Below are positions 28,298-38,145 of a stretch of DNA of 64,000 nt, one piece after another. The notes below the pieces were generated by a model, which searched no databases, was not told the DNA's origin, and saw only the letters and a list, made by a program, of their open reading frames with translations. Source of the DNA: a virus (lineage: Duplodnaviria; Caudoviricetes); the IMG/VR virus record IMGVR_UViG_3300011890_000001, positions 160,001 through 224,000 of that record; one strand, 5' to 3'. Made by a program: the position numbers and the translations under genes. Position 1 is the first letter of the stretch; every line of letters begins with the position of its first letter.

Positions 28298-28789
28298 ATG
28301 GGCGGACTAGCAATGGGTCTACTGACGCTCCTCCGCGAGCTGCTGCCTTTCTTTAAAGAGTCAGTATTGCAGGGACGCAGTTTCCAAGAATGGTTTGGTT
28401 CTAATCGCGTCACCTTTGGGTGGCTGCTGTCGACCATCGTTCTGACTATTTGTATCTTCCAGGTGAGTGAGCAGTACATTCATCTAGACGCTAGGCACCA
28501 GCGGTTGGTTCGAAATACCGAATCGCTGGTCTTGCCTATTCAAAGGATGACTGAACGTCACAAGCAGGTCGTTGCCGAGAGGGACCAACTGCTGACTGAG
28601 TATCAGGCACTTGAGGAAGAGAACGAGCAACTGCTCGCACAAATCGAGGAACTAAAGACTGCTCAATCTCGACGTCCTCGCGTTGTGGTTCGTAGAGAAG
28701 CGCCGGAAGTCGAACCCGCACCGCGCCCTTCCCGTTTCCGGGAAATGCGCACAAGGGTAGTCAACCGACTGAAGGAAATTATAAACTAA
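28298..28789 (+). CDS. Membrane-anchored coiled-coil protein, candidate i-spanin
   Basis: One TM segment FGWLLSTIVLTICIFQV followed by a long heptad region; GGAGG RBS. Confidence 0.5.
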   Translation: MGGLAMGLLTLLRELLPFFKESVLQGRSFQEWFGSNRVTFGWLLSTIVLTICIFQVSEQYIHLDARHQRLVRNTESLVLPIQRMTERHKQVVAERDQLLTEYQALEEENEQLLAQIEELKTAQSRRPRVVVRREAPEVEPAPRPSRFREMRTRVVNRLKEIIN

Positions 28790-28802
28790 ATGGGGTCGCG
28801 TC

Positions 28803-29093
28803 ATGCGTCTGTTATCGACCGCTATAATTGTAGTCGCGCTCGTTGGGTGCGTGACCGTCGTAGCGGCTCCCGAGGGGAAGGTGAGTCGCTGCGGCAATGT
28901 ACCGCACTTTGCTCAGGGCATAGAGCCCACACTTGTACTGCCAGACGAAGACCCCGATGGTCTCACCGTCGATCAATTGCAAGCACTTGCCTTACAACTC
29001 GGAATGCACGCTCGCGAGTGGCGCGTCTTTTCTGAAAACGAAAGAAGAGCGATACAAGCAATGGTGGCTCAGCATTACCGTGACTGCCATTGA
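28803..29093 (+). CDS. Putative lipoprotein, candidate o-spanin
   Basis: MRLLSTAIIVVALVG-C lipobox; starts 13 nt after the TM/coiled-coil gene. Confidence 0.5.
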   Translation: MRLLSTAIIVVALVGCVTVVAAPEGKVSRCGNVPHFAQGIEPTLVLPDEDPDGLTVDQLQALALQLGMHAREWRVFSENERRAIQAMVAQHYRDCH

Positions 29094-29151
29094 CGTAAAT
29101 CCTTACTTACCCGTCAAATCGTAAGAACAGGTTCGCCTCTAAGACAAGATA

Positions 29152-30633
29152 ATGAGCAAAGACACTCTAATCCCGACTCACGCGGTTTTTTACCCAGACG
29201 GTGGGTGCGATTCTCTCACTGTTGCTGGATGGGGCGTACATGGCTTTTTCTATAACACTGAGAAGGCCAAGCAGGGTACAGGTAACTCGAAGGCCCTGGT
29301 CGGGCCTGGCGGTTACGAGATGGGCAAATCGGGCATTCCCGAAATCACTGTTACCAACTACGTCGACGCCTTCGGTTCTTTGACCGAAAACGCCACCAAC
29401 AACTCTGCTGAAGCCGAAGCGCTTTATAACGCGCTGAAGATCACCCAGCAGTACGATATCAAGCACGCCACTATTATCTGCGACAGTCAGTACGCACTGA
29501 ACGGCTTCGGGAAGTGGATGCACGACTGGCAGAAGCTGGGCTGGCGAAAGAAGGACGGCTCACCCGTCGCGAACGCCGACGTCTGGCAGAAGACTTTCGA
29601 TCTGACCGCAGAGCTGTCCAAGGACGGCGTGAACTTTACCGCCAAGTGGGTAAAGGGTCACTCGGGCGATGTCGGTAACGAACGTGCCGATACGCTGGCA
29701 ACGGCCGGCAAGATGTCTGCACGCAATCGCGTTCCAATGGAAGTGGTCAAGCTTTCGGAACCCAAGGGCTACTGGTCGCCGAAGAACGACAAAAACCGGA
29801 TGTTCTCACATCCGAACTGGTACTTCGCCGCTTATGACCGTGAAGAAGGGAAGGGGCCGGAAGGTCGCCATCCTTACTATATCGGTACGATCCGACAGAA
29901 CGACGCTGGCAAGGATATGGAACTGGTCGGTAAGCCGATTAGCGACGCATCGTTTGCTATCCTCTATCTGAAGGAACGTGAACCCACGCTGGACGTGATT
30001 CACGACGGTGTTGAGCTCCTGAAGATCGGCAAGCCCATGGGCATCATGATTGCGCACCTGGACGTGATCCTCAAACCTGGTACGGTTGAGGAGCTTCAGT
30101 CCTATGGTCACAATCTGTTGTTGCGCGACAAGCGTCGCCGTAGGTTGGTCACCAAGGACAAGAAGAGCGTGTTGACTGAAATCGATCCGCCGGGACTGTC
30201 GTTCCGACTGGTTGAAGCGCTCGGCGCCATTGAGGATATCTTCAAGAGTTATATCAATGGAGTGCAGTCGCATATCAGAACTACCGATCTGACTGATGTA
30301 ATCTATGAGAGCAGTGAGGGTAAGAAAAAGACCACTGTCAAACTCAAAGGTGCAATCACAGGTAGTACGCGGACCCTTCAGGTCGACGGCAACTATAGGG
30401 CAATCGATGGCGGGGAGAAATCCATTCCGTTTATCCTGACCTTGGGCCAAGATCTCCCGGACCGCAATACTCTTTCGTCTTTGGCCGTTGAAGGCGTTAA
30501 GGTAACGTTGCTGACTTGGCTGGAGTCTGGCCATGCTGCACGCTTTGCCACTGTGATTGAAGCTAACGGTGACATGGGCATTTGGGTAGGACCGTATTCC
30601 AACCTCCGGATCCTTCCTTCGCCTAAACCCTGA
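29152..30633 (+). CDS. rnhA: Ribonuclease HI with long C-terminal extension (phiKZ gp155-like)
   Basis: YPDGG, TNNSAE, ICDSQY, GW.KKDG.PVAN.DVW, WVKGHSGDVGNERADTLA. Confidence 0.92.
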   Translation: MSKDTLIPTHAVFYPDGGCDSLTVAGWGVHGFFYNTEKAKQGTGNSKALVGPGGYEMGKSGIPEITVTNYVDAFGSLTENATNNSAEAEALYNALKITQQYDIKHATIICDSQYALNGFGKWMHDWQKLGWRKKDGSPVANADVWQKTFDLTAELSKDGVNFTAKWVKGHSGDVGNERADTLATAGKMSARNRVPMEVVKLSEPKGYWSPKNDKNRMFSHPNWYFAAYDREEGKGPEGRHPYYIGTIRQNDAGKDMELVGKPISDASFAILYLKEREPTLDVIHDGVELLKIGKPMGIMIAHLDVILKPGTVEELQSYGHNLLLRDKRRRRLVTKDKKSVLTEIDPPGLSFRLVEALGAIEDIFKSYINGVQSHIRTTDLTDVIYESSEGKKKTTVKLKGAITGSTRTLQVDGNYRAIDGGEKSIPFILTLGQDLPDRNTLSSLAVEGVKVTLLTWLESGHAARFATVIEANGDMGIWVGPYSNLRILPSPKP

Positions 30634-30643
30634 GGTTACAGCA

Positions 30644-31096
30644 ATGTCCGATACAGCGAGTCTCACCCGGGAACAACCATCTCTGGTTCGGCAGGCAGTC
30701 GAGTGGATGCTTGCCAAGCTCGTCAATACGCACACCAAACGTGTCATTCTCTTGTCCAGTCTTCTGTCGCGGGTTTCTCGCGCCGAGAAGCTGCATGATT
30801 CCGCCATCCAACGGTTGAATCGCATGATGGCAATTGCGAGCGATGAACGCTCGCTAGCTTTCTCTTCCAGGTTTGAAAACCTGGTCTGGGGAGCTAATCC
30901 GACAGCCGAACTGATTTCAGCCGAGGTGATTGCAAGTGGTAACATGTCCAAGATGGATCGCTGGAACTTGGCCGAAAGTCTCGTCGACAACGCACCGAAA
31001 TGTTTGAAGTACGCGTCGCACACCAGTATGACCGACGATATCTACAAGCTTCTCGGGTCGTATCTCGACTCCATTCGCCAACCGGCAATGGCTTGA
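30644..31096 (+). CDS. Hypothetical protein
   Basis: 150-aa ORF with GAGG RBS, co-oriented after RNase H. Confidence 0.65.
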   Translation: MSDTASLTREQPSLVRQAVEWMLAKLVNTHTKRVILLSSLLSRVSRAEKLHDSAIQRLNRMMAIASDERSLAFSSRFENLVWGANPTAELISAEVIASGNMSKMDRWNLAESLVDNAPKCLKYASHTSMTDDIYKLLGSYLDSIRQPAMA

Positions 31097-31121
31097 TTAC
31101 GGTCAAGAAAAAAGAAGCACC

Positions 31122-31158
31122 TGCATAGCCCTCCGCCTTCACGGCGGAGGGCTATGCA
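31122..31158. terminator. Bidirectional hairpin terminator
   Basis: TGCATAGCCCTCCGCC-ttcac-GGCGGAGGGCTATGCA 16-bp perfect stem. Confidence 0.8.
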
Positions 31159-31171
31159 GATATGCTGCCGT

Positions 31172-31996
31172 TTAGATGCCGGCCTGGTTACGCACTTGCT
31201 TCAGGGAGGCTTCGATGGACTCCTGGTACTCGCTCACGCGACTACGCAGAACACCGTAGAACTCAACCTGTTGCGCAACAGCCAGAGTCAGCTTGGACAG
31301 AGCGTTGACGATCACCGGGGAAGCGATGAACTCTTCCTTATTGTGAGTCAGACGATCAGCCAGTACATTCACCAGTTCGCCCAGCTCGCGGGTACGCTTG
31401 ACCACTGCTTCGTAGTGGCCGTCGTTGTACATCGCGGCCAGGTGCTGTACGGAGTTGTTGATGTCAATCCAGTCTGCCTGACGACGAATCACGTCAGAGT
31501 AGACAGGCTCTTCGGAGACCTTCTTGTCCGGGAAATACGATTCGAGCTTCTTGGCTACGCGAGCGTAGTCCACGTCGTGCATGCCCGGCACCTTGATGGT
31601 GGTGGACAGCGACTTCATCGAGGTCGGGTCGGACAGGCGCTCCGCCACAAAGGTCATGTACGGCGCCAGGACGTCACTTTCCAGCTTTTGCATCAGCGTG
31701 GTAGCGGTGACGAGATCCTTACCGTATTCGGCCAGAGAGCCCTGGAAGCCATGGGGCGCTTCCATGCGGAACGAACGCCACTCAGGATAGGAATAACGAT
31801 TAGCGTTCAAGGCCAACCAACCCAGGTCTTTGCCCGCTGCAAAAGCAGTGATCGGCTTGACGATGTTTTCATTGAGGAAGTGGCTGACCTTGACCAGATA
31901 ATCCGGAAGACGACCAGTGGCCTTCTGGAGACCGGCATCACCGGCCGAAGATTCCATCGAGACGAAATCCGACTGCAGGGAGAGATTTTTCAACAT
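31172..31996 (-). CDS. Virion internal head protein
   Basis: N-terminal VSME-S prohead protease-type motif; helical; VAQQVEFYG motif; next to uvsX. Confidence 0.6.
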   Translation of the reverse strand: MLKNLSLQSDFVSMESSAGDAGLQKATGRLPDYLVKVSHFLNENIVKPITAFAAGKDLGWLALNANRYSYPEWRSFRMEAPHGFQGSLAEYGKDLVTATTLMQKLESDVLAPYMTFVAERLSDPTSMKSLSTTIKVPGMHDVDYARVAKKLESYFPDKKVSEEPVYSDVIRRQADWIDINNSVQHLAAMYNDGHYEAVVKRTRELGELVNVLADRLTHNKEEFIASPVIVNALSKLTLAVAQQVEFYGVLRSRVSEYQESIEASLKQVRNQAGI

Positions 31997-32170
31997 GTTG
32001 GATAACTCCAGGAGAGGTTTTATGAGTGGTGGAAATAAGTGCCACTGTCATACTTTAAGTCACTATTGGGCTCAAGTGGTTTTTTACACCAATGACTGAT
32101 TATTTGAGAACGTCCGTAAACATCATTAAAAGCCGTTCCCTTTCATAAATTTCCTTCTGGAGCTCGTAAC

Positions 32171-32926
32171 ATGTTTGAAGCCGTCACCTACCACGAAAAG
32201 CGCGTGGCTCTGTCCGAAGTCATCCTGAGCCAGGCACTGGGTATCCTGGACCTGATCATCGACACCAACACCCAGAAGGGCGCCCTGGCCGCGGCACATC
32301 TGAACCAGCTGCGCCAGCAGTATGGTCAGGCCACTCAGGTGCTGGCTGACCAGGAAGCCGATCGTGTTCTGGGTCCGGTCGGTGAGGAGACCGAAGAAAC
32401 CCTGACCCGTAACTATGTCCTGGGTGCTCTGACCAGCAACCTGGGCCGCACTTACCTGGGCGTGGAAAACACCGGTGCTGCAGACGGCGCCATCGGCACT
32501 CCGGGCTTTGGGACCAAGTTCAAGGAGTGGCTGTCTTCGCTGCCGAAGCTGAAGGACGAGCTGCTGAACCCGACCACCGGTTTCTACCTGGACGGCGAAA
32601 CCCTGATCGGTCAGGAAATCCCCTGCCTGATCATCCGCGACGGCGAAGTCGTCTATCATGTGGTCTACGCCGGCGGTCTGGGCATCCATGAACTGCATTT
32701 GGATCACCTGCCGGAAGTCGCCCGCACCCCGCACCCGGTCGCCGGCTTCTCTCAGCTGCGCCGCGAATTCATCACCTATCGCAAGTCGCTGACCAAGGCA
32801 CAGTTCAACGCCGCCCTGGCCTCGGCGATCGCCTCGTACACCGACACCCCGTTCGTCGAATACGTTGAGCCGGTGCAGGCAGCGACCCAGGTCGAAGAAA
32901 ACAACGAAACTGCTACTGCCGAATAA
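32171..32926 (+). CDS. Hypothetical protein
   Basis: 251-aa ORF, GGAG RBS, very strong codon bias suggesting high expression. Confidence 0.75.
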   Translation: MFEAVTYHEKRVALSEVILSQALGILDLIIDTNTQKGALAAAHLNQLRQQYGQATQVLADQEADRVLGPVGEETEETLTRNYVLGALTSNLGRTYLGVENTGAADGAIGTPGFGTKFKEWLSSLPKLKDELLNPTTGFYLDGETLIGQEIPCLIIRDGEVVYHVVYAGGLGIHELHLDHLPEVARTPHPVAGFSQLRREFITYRKSLTKAQFNAALASAIASYTDTPFVEYVEPVQAATQVEENNETATAE

Positions 32927-32946
32927 ACGGCGGTAGTTGACGAGCA

Positions 32947-32969
32947 GCCCCGCGTGGAAAACGCGGGGC
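32947..32969 (+). terminator. Hairpin between gene and uvsX
   Basis: GCCCCGCGT-ggaaa-ACGCGGGGC; no immediate T-tract. Confidence 0.4.
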
Positions 32970-33006
32970 ACTCAACCGCCCCCTTTTATAAAGAGTAGTC
33001 ACCAAC

Positions 33007-34485
33007 ATGCTTAGCACTCACTTCAAGCGCGCACCTTCGATCCGTCCTCAGCTGAACATTGGCAGCATCTGGGATCTTCCCAATGGTCGCTACTATATCG
33101 GCAAGAAGGGCGAGTCCATTCTCAATGGCGGTTTGTCTTTCTACACCGGCGTTGGCGGTAAGGGTAACACCTTCAAATCCACCGTCATGCACGATCAGCT
33201 GCTGACCGCAATGGACCGATACGGTAGCGCGCAGGCTAACGTGTTCGACACTGAGATGTCACTGACCAACGAGCGCATGTATCAGCTTGCTGCGCGTAAG
33301 GACAACATCGGCGGGGTGGATCTGGAAGCCGAAGGTCGCATGCTCATCACCGACAACACCGTGATGATGGGCGACGAGTGGTTCGAGGCAGTCAAGACAT
33401 ACGCTGCTGAACGGCAGGGTAAGGATCAGATCAAGACGTACAAGCGCACCACGCCGTTCATTGACCGGCAGTCGGGTAAGTTGTTTGAATCACTTTCCCC
33501 ACTGATCTGTGAAGTCGACTCCCTGTCGATGATGGTGACCTCTGCGCTGCAGGGTATCCTCGATAAGGCCGAGATCGGCAACAGCGGTACCAATACCGCT
33601 GCACTGCGTGACGCAGCCGTCAAGACTCAGATGCTGAATCAGCTTCCGACCCTGACTGCTAAGTACAACGTGTTCATGATGCACAGTGCCCACGTGGGCA
33701 AGCAGCATCAGCTCGACCCCTACGCGCCGCCGGCGCGGCAGCTGAACACCCTGAAGGGGCAGAACGCTTTCAAGAACGTTCCCGAGAAGTTTACCTTCCT
33801 CCCGAACAATCTGTACTACGTCCACTCTGTTGAAATCCTACTGAACAAGGGCGACAAGGCTCCGGAGTTCCCGAAGGATCGCGACGACAAGATGGCTGGC
33901 GACAATGATCTGCAGCAGTTGATCATTCAGAACCTTCGCGCTAAGAGTGGTCCGACTGGTATGCCCATGCCGGTGATCGTCTCCCAGAGCGAAGGCGTGC
34001 AGCGCAGTCTGACTGAGTTCGTTCAGATTCGCGACTTCAACCGTTTCGGCCTGGGTGGTAACCTCCAGAACTACCATCTGGAACTTCTGCCTGACGTCAA
34101 CCTGTCGCGCACCACCATTCGTGGCAAGCTGAACGAAAGCGCCAAGCTGCGCCGTGCGATGGAAATCACGTGGGAACTGGCCTACATGTACTATGTGGGC
34201 TACCGCACCGAAGAAACTGTCGAAGCACTGGCCGGTGAGGAAGAAGTCCTCGATAAGGACCTGGCTGTCACTGCCAAGGAACTGTACGACGGCCTGACCG
34301 CCAAGGGTTACAACTGGGACGAGCTCCTGGACACCCGCGGTTACTGGATGTATGTGGAAGACGAGAAGGAAGATACCAAGCCCTTCCTGTCGACCATGGA
34401 TCTGCTGCGCATGCACGCAGGTCTGTACCATCCGTACTGGATGAAGGAAAAGCCGACCCCTAAGAAGGTCGAAGAAAAGAAGTAA
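33007..34485 (+). CDS. uvsX: UvsX/RecA-like recombinase (phiKZ gp152-like)
   Basis: Walker A GKGNTFKS, FDTE, Walker B CEVDSLS, LRAKSGPTG. Confidence 0.85.
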   Translation: MLSTHFKRAPSIRPQLNIGSIWDLPNGRYYIGKKGESILNGGLSFYTGVGGKGNTFKSTVMHDQLLTAMDRYGSAQANVFDTEMSLTNERMYQLAARKDNIGGVDLEAEGRMLITDNTVMMGDEWFEAVKTYAAERQGKDQIKTYKRTTPFIDRQSGKLFESLSPLICEVDSLSMMVTSALQGILDKAEIGNSGTNTAALRDAAVKTQMLNQLPTLTAKYNVFMMHSAHVGKQHQLDPYAPPARQLNTLKGQNAFKNVPEKFTFLPNNLYYVHSVEILLNKGDKAPEFPKDRDDKMAGDNDLQQLIIQNLRAKSGPTGMPMPVIVSQSEGVQRSLTEFVQIRDFNRFGLGGNLQNYHLELLPDVNLSRTTIRGKLNESAKLRRAMEITWELAYMYYVGYRTEETVEALAGEEEVLDKDLAVTAKELYDGLTAKGYNWDELLDTRGYWMYVEDEKEDTKPFLSTMDLLRMHAGLYHPYWMKEKPTPKKVEEKK

Positions 34486-34494
34486 AGGCTTAGC

Positions 34495-34528
34495 CCCCTT
34501 ACCCCAACTGGGGTAAGGGGTCCTCTTT
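34495..34528 (+). terminator. Hairpin terminator
   Basis: CCCCTTACCCCA / TGGGGTAAGGGG inverted repeat after the uvsX stop. Confidence 0.7.
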
Positions 34529-34540
34529 GAGAAACAAGAT

Positions 34541-34894
34541 ATGTCCCCGACTTCCGCAACCAATGAAATGCGTCATCCTGTTACCGTGGCGATGTACACT
34601 GCCTTGTGTGCGCAAAACATTGACAATGCATGGCGCTTCCGTCAAACCTACCGTGAACCCAGTAGCAACGACGACGCAGACCACTTGGATGCGGCGTTGG
34701 ACTATTGGCTTGACCAGTTCTCCCAAGTACCCTACTGCGATACTCGGGATACTCGCTACACTCTGAATGGGTGTCGCGATGTCTCTGACTTCGCACGTCT
34801 GTTTGCCACACACGTCGTTCGGCAGGTTGTCGAGTTGAATCTCCCCTTCTGTTCTTCACCTACCCCGAAGTTCCATCGTGGCCGACCTTTCTAA
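34541..34894 (+). CDS. Hypothetical protein
   Basis: 117-aa ORF bracketed by hairpins. Confidence 0.55.
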   Translation: MSPTSATNEMRHPVTVAMYTALCAQNIDNAWRFRQTYREPSSNDDADHLDAALDYWLDQFSQVPYCDTRDTRYTLNGCRDVSDFARLFATHVVRQVVELNLPFCSSPTPKFHRGRPF

Positions 34895-34900
34895 TACCTA

Positions 34901-34934
34901 GTCCCTCTTTCCCGTCGAGGAAAGAGGGATTATG
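34901..34934 (+). terminator. Hairpin ending in TTATG
   Basis: TCCCTCTTTCC-cgtcga-GGAAAGAGGGA-TTATG. Confidence 0.6.
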
Positions 34935-34957
34935 TGTACTGTTTACTTTGGTGACTT

Positions 34958-35623
34958 ATGTCTAACCGTGAAAAGGCCATGAAGGTTTGTGTTGAGGGGC
35001 TGAAGTCTATGTTCCCCGGCACGGACATTCCTGAGACTGTGGCAAAGAATCTTTCGATGCTCAGCGATGAGCAATTCGACAACTACATGAAAGACGTGCG
35101 CGCTGGAAAGGAAGTAATTTCCGTCGCCGTTCCGAACCTGACCGATACGAAGGTCAGCATCGACGCGCTGTTTGCGACTGCAAAGCAGTGGGACTACGAT
35201 CCGTTCCAACAGATCTGGCTCACCGATGCTAAGACCGGCACCACTTACCTGACCCCAGAAAAGTATCTGGTGGTTTATCTACCGATCCGTCGACAGCAGC
35301 AGACTCTGACTGGTAAGATCTCGATCCCGGACCATAACCGCTCCTTTGACGATCTGTCTGGTCAGGTAACAGGCGACTCCAAGGGCGCCAGCCTGTCACT
35401 GCCTGAAATTCAGATCCTGCGTTCGCAGGGGCTAGACCGACCGATCTTGGAACTCATCAAGGTGCGTGGTGGTGACCATGAAGCAATGCGTGCGGCGCAT
35501 CGTCAGATCATCGAGACGGGTGACGCTGGTCTGGACGGACTGTTGTCTGTCGGCACGCGCGTTAAGTCGACCGAAACCCTGAGTGCTCAGCTCACTGCGC
35601 AGCACATTCAAAACAATTTGTAA
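34958..35623 (+). CDS. rpoB: Virion RNA polymerase beta subunit, C-terminal part (phiKZ gp149-like)
   Basis: YLVVYLPIRRQQQTLTGKIS...LSGQVTGDSKGASLSLPEIQIL...ELIKVRGGD parallels the beta C-terminal conserved region. Confidence 0.8.
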   Translation: MSNREKAMKVCVEGLKSMFPGTDIPETVAKNLSMLSDEQFDNYMKDVRAGKEVISVAVPNLTDTKVSIDALFATAKQWDYDPFQQIWLTDAKTGTTYLTPEKYLVVYLPIRRQQQTLTGKISIPDHNRSFDDLSGQVTGDSKGASLSLPEIQILRSQGLDRPILELIKVRGGDHEAMRAAHRQIIETGDAGLDGLLSVGTRVKSTETLSAQLTAQHIQNNL

Positions 35624-35644
35624 GCTCATTAAGGAGCATTTGTA

Positions 35645-36172
35645 ATGGCCGCTATGGAAATCACACCGCTACTCTTGGATACGGTCCGCAGTAAGATCAG
35701 TGATCTGATCGAGCACTACGCGACGATCGCGACAGCCAACATGTCAGTGCGGGCCGACTTCAACGGCTTGATGGTGCGCATTCTTCAAACCGATCTTCAG
35801 TTGGTTTCGTCGGAGACCGACCTGGCCGAACTCTGGATGGCTGTGCGTGCCGGCTCGAACGGGTTCACCTTCTTTACTGATGCGTCGCGCATCTGTAGGG
35901 AATACTTTGGTCAGGACCATGAAGCGCTGTCTCGTTACTTTGGTGGCCTGCTGGCCGTGCACCTGCCGGCCGTTCGCGACCTGAACAAAACCTCAATTCC
36001 TCAAAGTGACCTGGAACGCCTTACCGAGCACGATGAAGCCGTCGGTATCTTGAAGTACAACCCCTGGATCATTCCGATTTACATGATTCAAACGTCCCCC
36101 AGATTCCGGGAAATGGAACTAGAGATCCATCGGGTCACGTCCCGGGGTGCTGCCGCGGAGACGTCTGAATGA
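35645..36172 (+). CDS. Hypothetical protein
   Basis: AAGGAG RBS; in operon after the RNAP fragment. Confidence 0.7.
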   Translation: MAAMEITPLLLDTVRSKISDLIEHYATIATANMSVRADFNGLMVRILQTDLQLVSSETDLAELWMAVRAGSNGFTFFTDASRICREYFGQDHEALSRYFGGLLAVHLPAVRDLNKTSIPQSDLERLTEHDEAVGILKYNPWIIPIYMIQTSPRFREMELEIHRVTSRGAAAETSE

Positions 36173-36960
36173 TTGACGCAGCAGACTCCATTGCATACGT
36201 CGAATTGGATGCACTACTCGATACCAGGTTGGCTACGATTGCCAAACACGATCCAGAAGCAGCCAAGCGCATCTTTGCCGACCCACGCTACTTCGAGCGT
36301 GAGCGTGATGACTTCACCGAACTGTGCGGTCTTGACCTCGATCAGTTTAAGGCTCTGTACGCACAGCGAGACCTAGAGGTACTCACGGCATCTACGATGA
36401 CCGAGATGCCTTTCGTTCTGGAGCGCATTGTTCGCGAACTGGAGAAAGACTCCATTGATACCCCATTCGTGGGTCGCACCATCGTAGAGGTGAATCACTA
36501 TCCCTACAAACTCGATGCAGAGTCACTGGAGAATCTTCAGCTGGGCATCATGGCGCGAGCTGGCCTGCAGACAGAAGTCCGCATGGTCTATATCGAACCG
36601 AGAGCCTTGACCCCCACCTATGTGCGCGGTCGCTACTCCGGTATGATTCTCTACAGTCTGCGCGATTGGCTGGAGAACCACCTGGAAGAGTTCAAGCATG
36701 TTCGCATGCCGCGCGTCACCGTCATGGCGCCGGCGCTCTATGAGGTCAAGGAGAATTTCCCGGCGGCTGAGCTGCGGGCCGAAGGACTGAAAGAAAACAT
36801 CACGCCGTTTATTCTCACTGAACTGGCGCTGATCGAATTGTTCAGCCTGACCCTACTGCCGGCGTTCGCCTTCAGCATCATTCGTTTGGATGGTCGTGTG
36901 CGCATCGAAGAACCAGAGCATGCGCCACGTCTGGTGCTTCGTCCCACGCGGGAACTTTGA
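36169..36960 (+). CDS. Conserved phiKZ-like hypothetical protein
   Basis: YVELDALLDTRLATI, VNHYPYKL, APAL motifs; ATGA start/stop overlap. Confidence 0.7.
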   Translation: MIDAADSIAYVELDALLDTRLATIAKHDPEAAKRIFADPRYFERERDDFTELCGLDLDQFKALYAQRDLEVLTASTMTEMPFVLERIVRELEKDSIDTPFVGRTIVEVNHYPYKLDAESLENLQLGIMARAGLQTEVRMVYIEPRALTPTYVRGRYSGMILYSLRDWLENHLEEFKHVRMPRVTVMAPALYEVKENFPAAELRAEGLKENITPFILTELALIELFSLTLLPAFAFSIIRLDGRVRIEEPEHAPRLVLRPTREL

Positions 36961-36962
36961 CG

Positions 36963-37000
36963 GCATAAAACCCCGCCCTTTCTCGGGGCGGGGTTTTATT
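36963..37000. terminator. Bidirectional hairpin terminator
   Basis: ATAAAACCCCGCCC...GGGCGGGGTTTTAT between convergent genes. Confidence 0.8.
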
Positions 37001-37003
37001 TAT

Positions 37004-37507
37004 TCAGTTCTCTTCACCGAAGACAGACTGGTACGTGTCGGTCGAGACGCCCACCTTTGTTTCGTCGGGCACGAGCTCCAGGGGCGGGAGATCGGCCTGA
37101 TCGATGGACGGAGGCTGACCTGTCGATGCTGCGGCGGACTGATCGTCCACGCGGAACATGTTGGTGCCCAGCTTGTCCAGCAGGGTCTTGGCGATGAGGT
37201 TGGCTTCGCGGTCCACTGCGGTGCTCTTTTCCTTAGCGCCGACCGCCTTGATCTTGGCAGCCTGGCTGTCCAGATCCTTCAGCATGTCCAGTACGAGTTT
37301 GGCTTCCTTGGGGTCTGCCGGCAGATTACCGCCATTGTCCTCCATGATCCGCTCTACTTCTTTCATGCGGATACGGCGGGTATAGTCAAAGACCTGGTCT
37401 TCGTCCCGCGCGGTGACCGCGGCAATCAGCTTTTCCAAATTGGGCCTGACCGCCGGCTGGCTGGGCAGCCCGGGTAGGTTATCGGAAACGTCGATACCCT
37501 GGGACAT
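37004..37507 (-). CDS. Hypothetical protein
   Basis: GGAGG RBS before MSQG (37507); helical core. Confidence 0.7.
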   Translation of the reverse strand: MSQGIDVSDNLPGLPSQPAVRPNLEKLIAAVTARDEDQVFDYTRRIRMKEVERIMEDNGGNLPADPKEAKLVLDMLKDLDSQAAKIKAVGAKEKSTAVDREANLIAKTLLDKLGTNMFRVDDQSAAASTGQPPSIDQADLPPLELVPDETKVGVSTDTYQSVFGEEN

Positions 37508-37519
37508 AAATACCTCCAT

Positions 37520-37550
37520 TGAAAAAATTTACATCTACATATTATCTCAC
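37520..37550 (+). promoter_or_regulatory. AT-rich candidate early/middle promoter
   Basis: AAAAAATTTACATCTACATATTATC in a divergent gap; resembles the phiKZ early TATATTAC element as recalled. Confidence 0.35.
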
Positions 37551-37562
37551 TGATGACCATTA

Positions 37563-38099
37563 ATGGATGGACACATGTATAAAAAGATCGTAAGCTTTTT
37601 CAGCTCGCTGGTAAAGCGGTCTGAGAAGAGTTTTGCAAAAGAGGACGAAGACTTCATCCGTAGACACGCTCCTTTGGAAAGTGCAATGGGTATCAAATAC
37701 CTACTGGATCAAGTCAATGCCCTGAATCTGGTTGACCCGACCTACGTGACTTTGCGTGAGGTCGTCATTCATTCGCACCATGCGACCGTTGAGGAACTCA
37801 TCCAAGCCCTTACTGTCAAGACGCGCCTGATCGAGCAGGACAGCGTTCTGACAAGCGGTGCAAGGATGGACAAGTCCGTTATCCTGGACGACTACCTGAC
37901 CGGTAAAAGCGGCGAGGCTGTCCTTCTGACCGACTCTGTTTTCCGACTCACCCACTGGTTGCTGCAGTATTGTAACGCCATGGAGCGGGTCGAACTAGAA
38001 CGCAATTCGAAGTTGACTTACTATATGCGCTTAACTATTTTGGAAGTGGAAGACGCTATCACTTTCCTCAAAGTTGCGCGCAGTCTCTCAATTCGATAA
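37563..38099 (+). CDS. Hypothetical protein
   Basis: 178-aa ORF. Confidence 0.65.
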   Translation: MDGHMYKKIVSFFSSLVKRSEKSFAKEDEDFIRRHAPLESAMGIKYLLDQVNALNLVDPTYVTLREVVIHSHHATVEELIQALTVKTRLIEQDSVLTSGARMDKSVILDDYLTGKSGEAVLLTDSVFRLTHWLLQYCNAMERVELERNSKLTYYMRLTILEVEDAITFLKVARSLSIR

Positions 38100-38145
38100 C
38101 TATCTAGGGTCGCCCGCCGGGACCCTATTTCTTGTAGAGGTAGCA

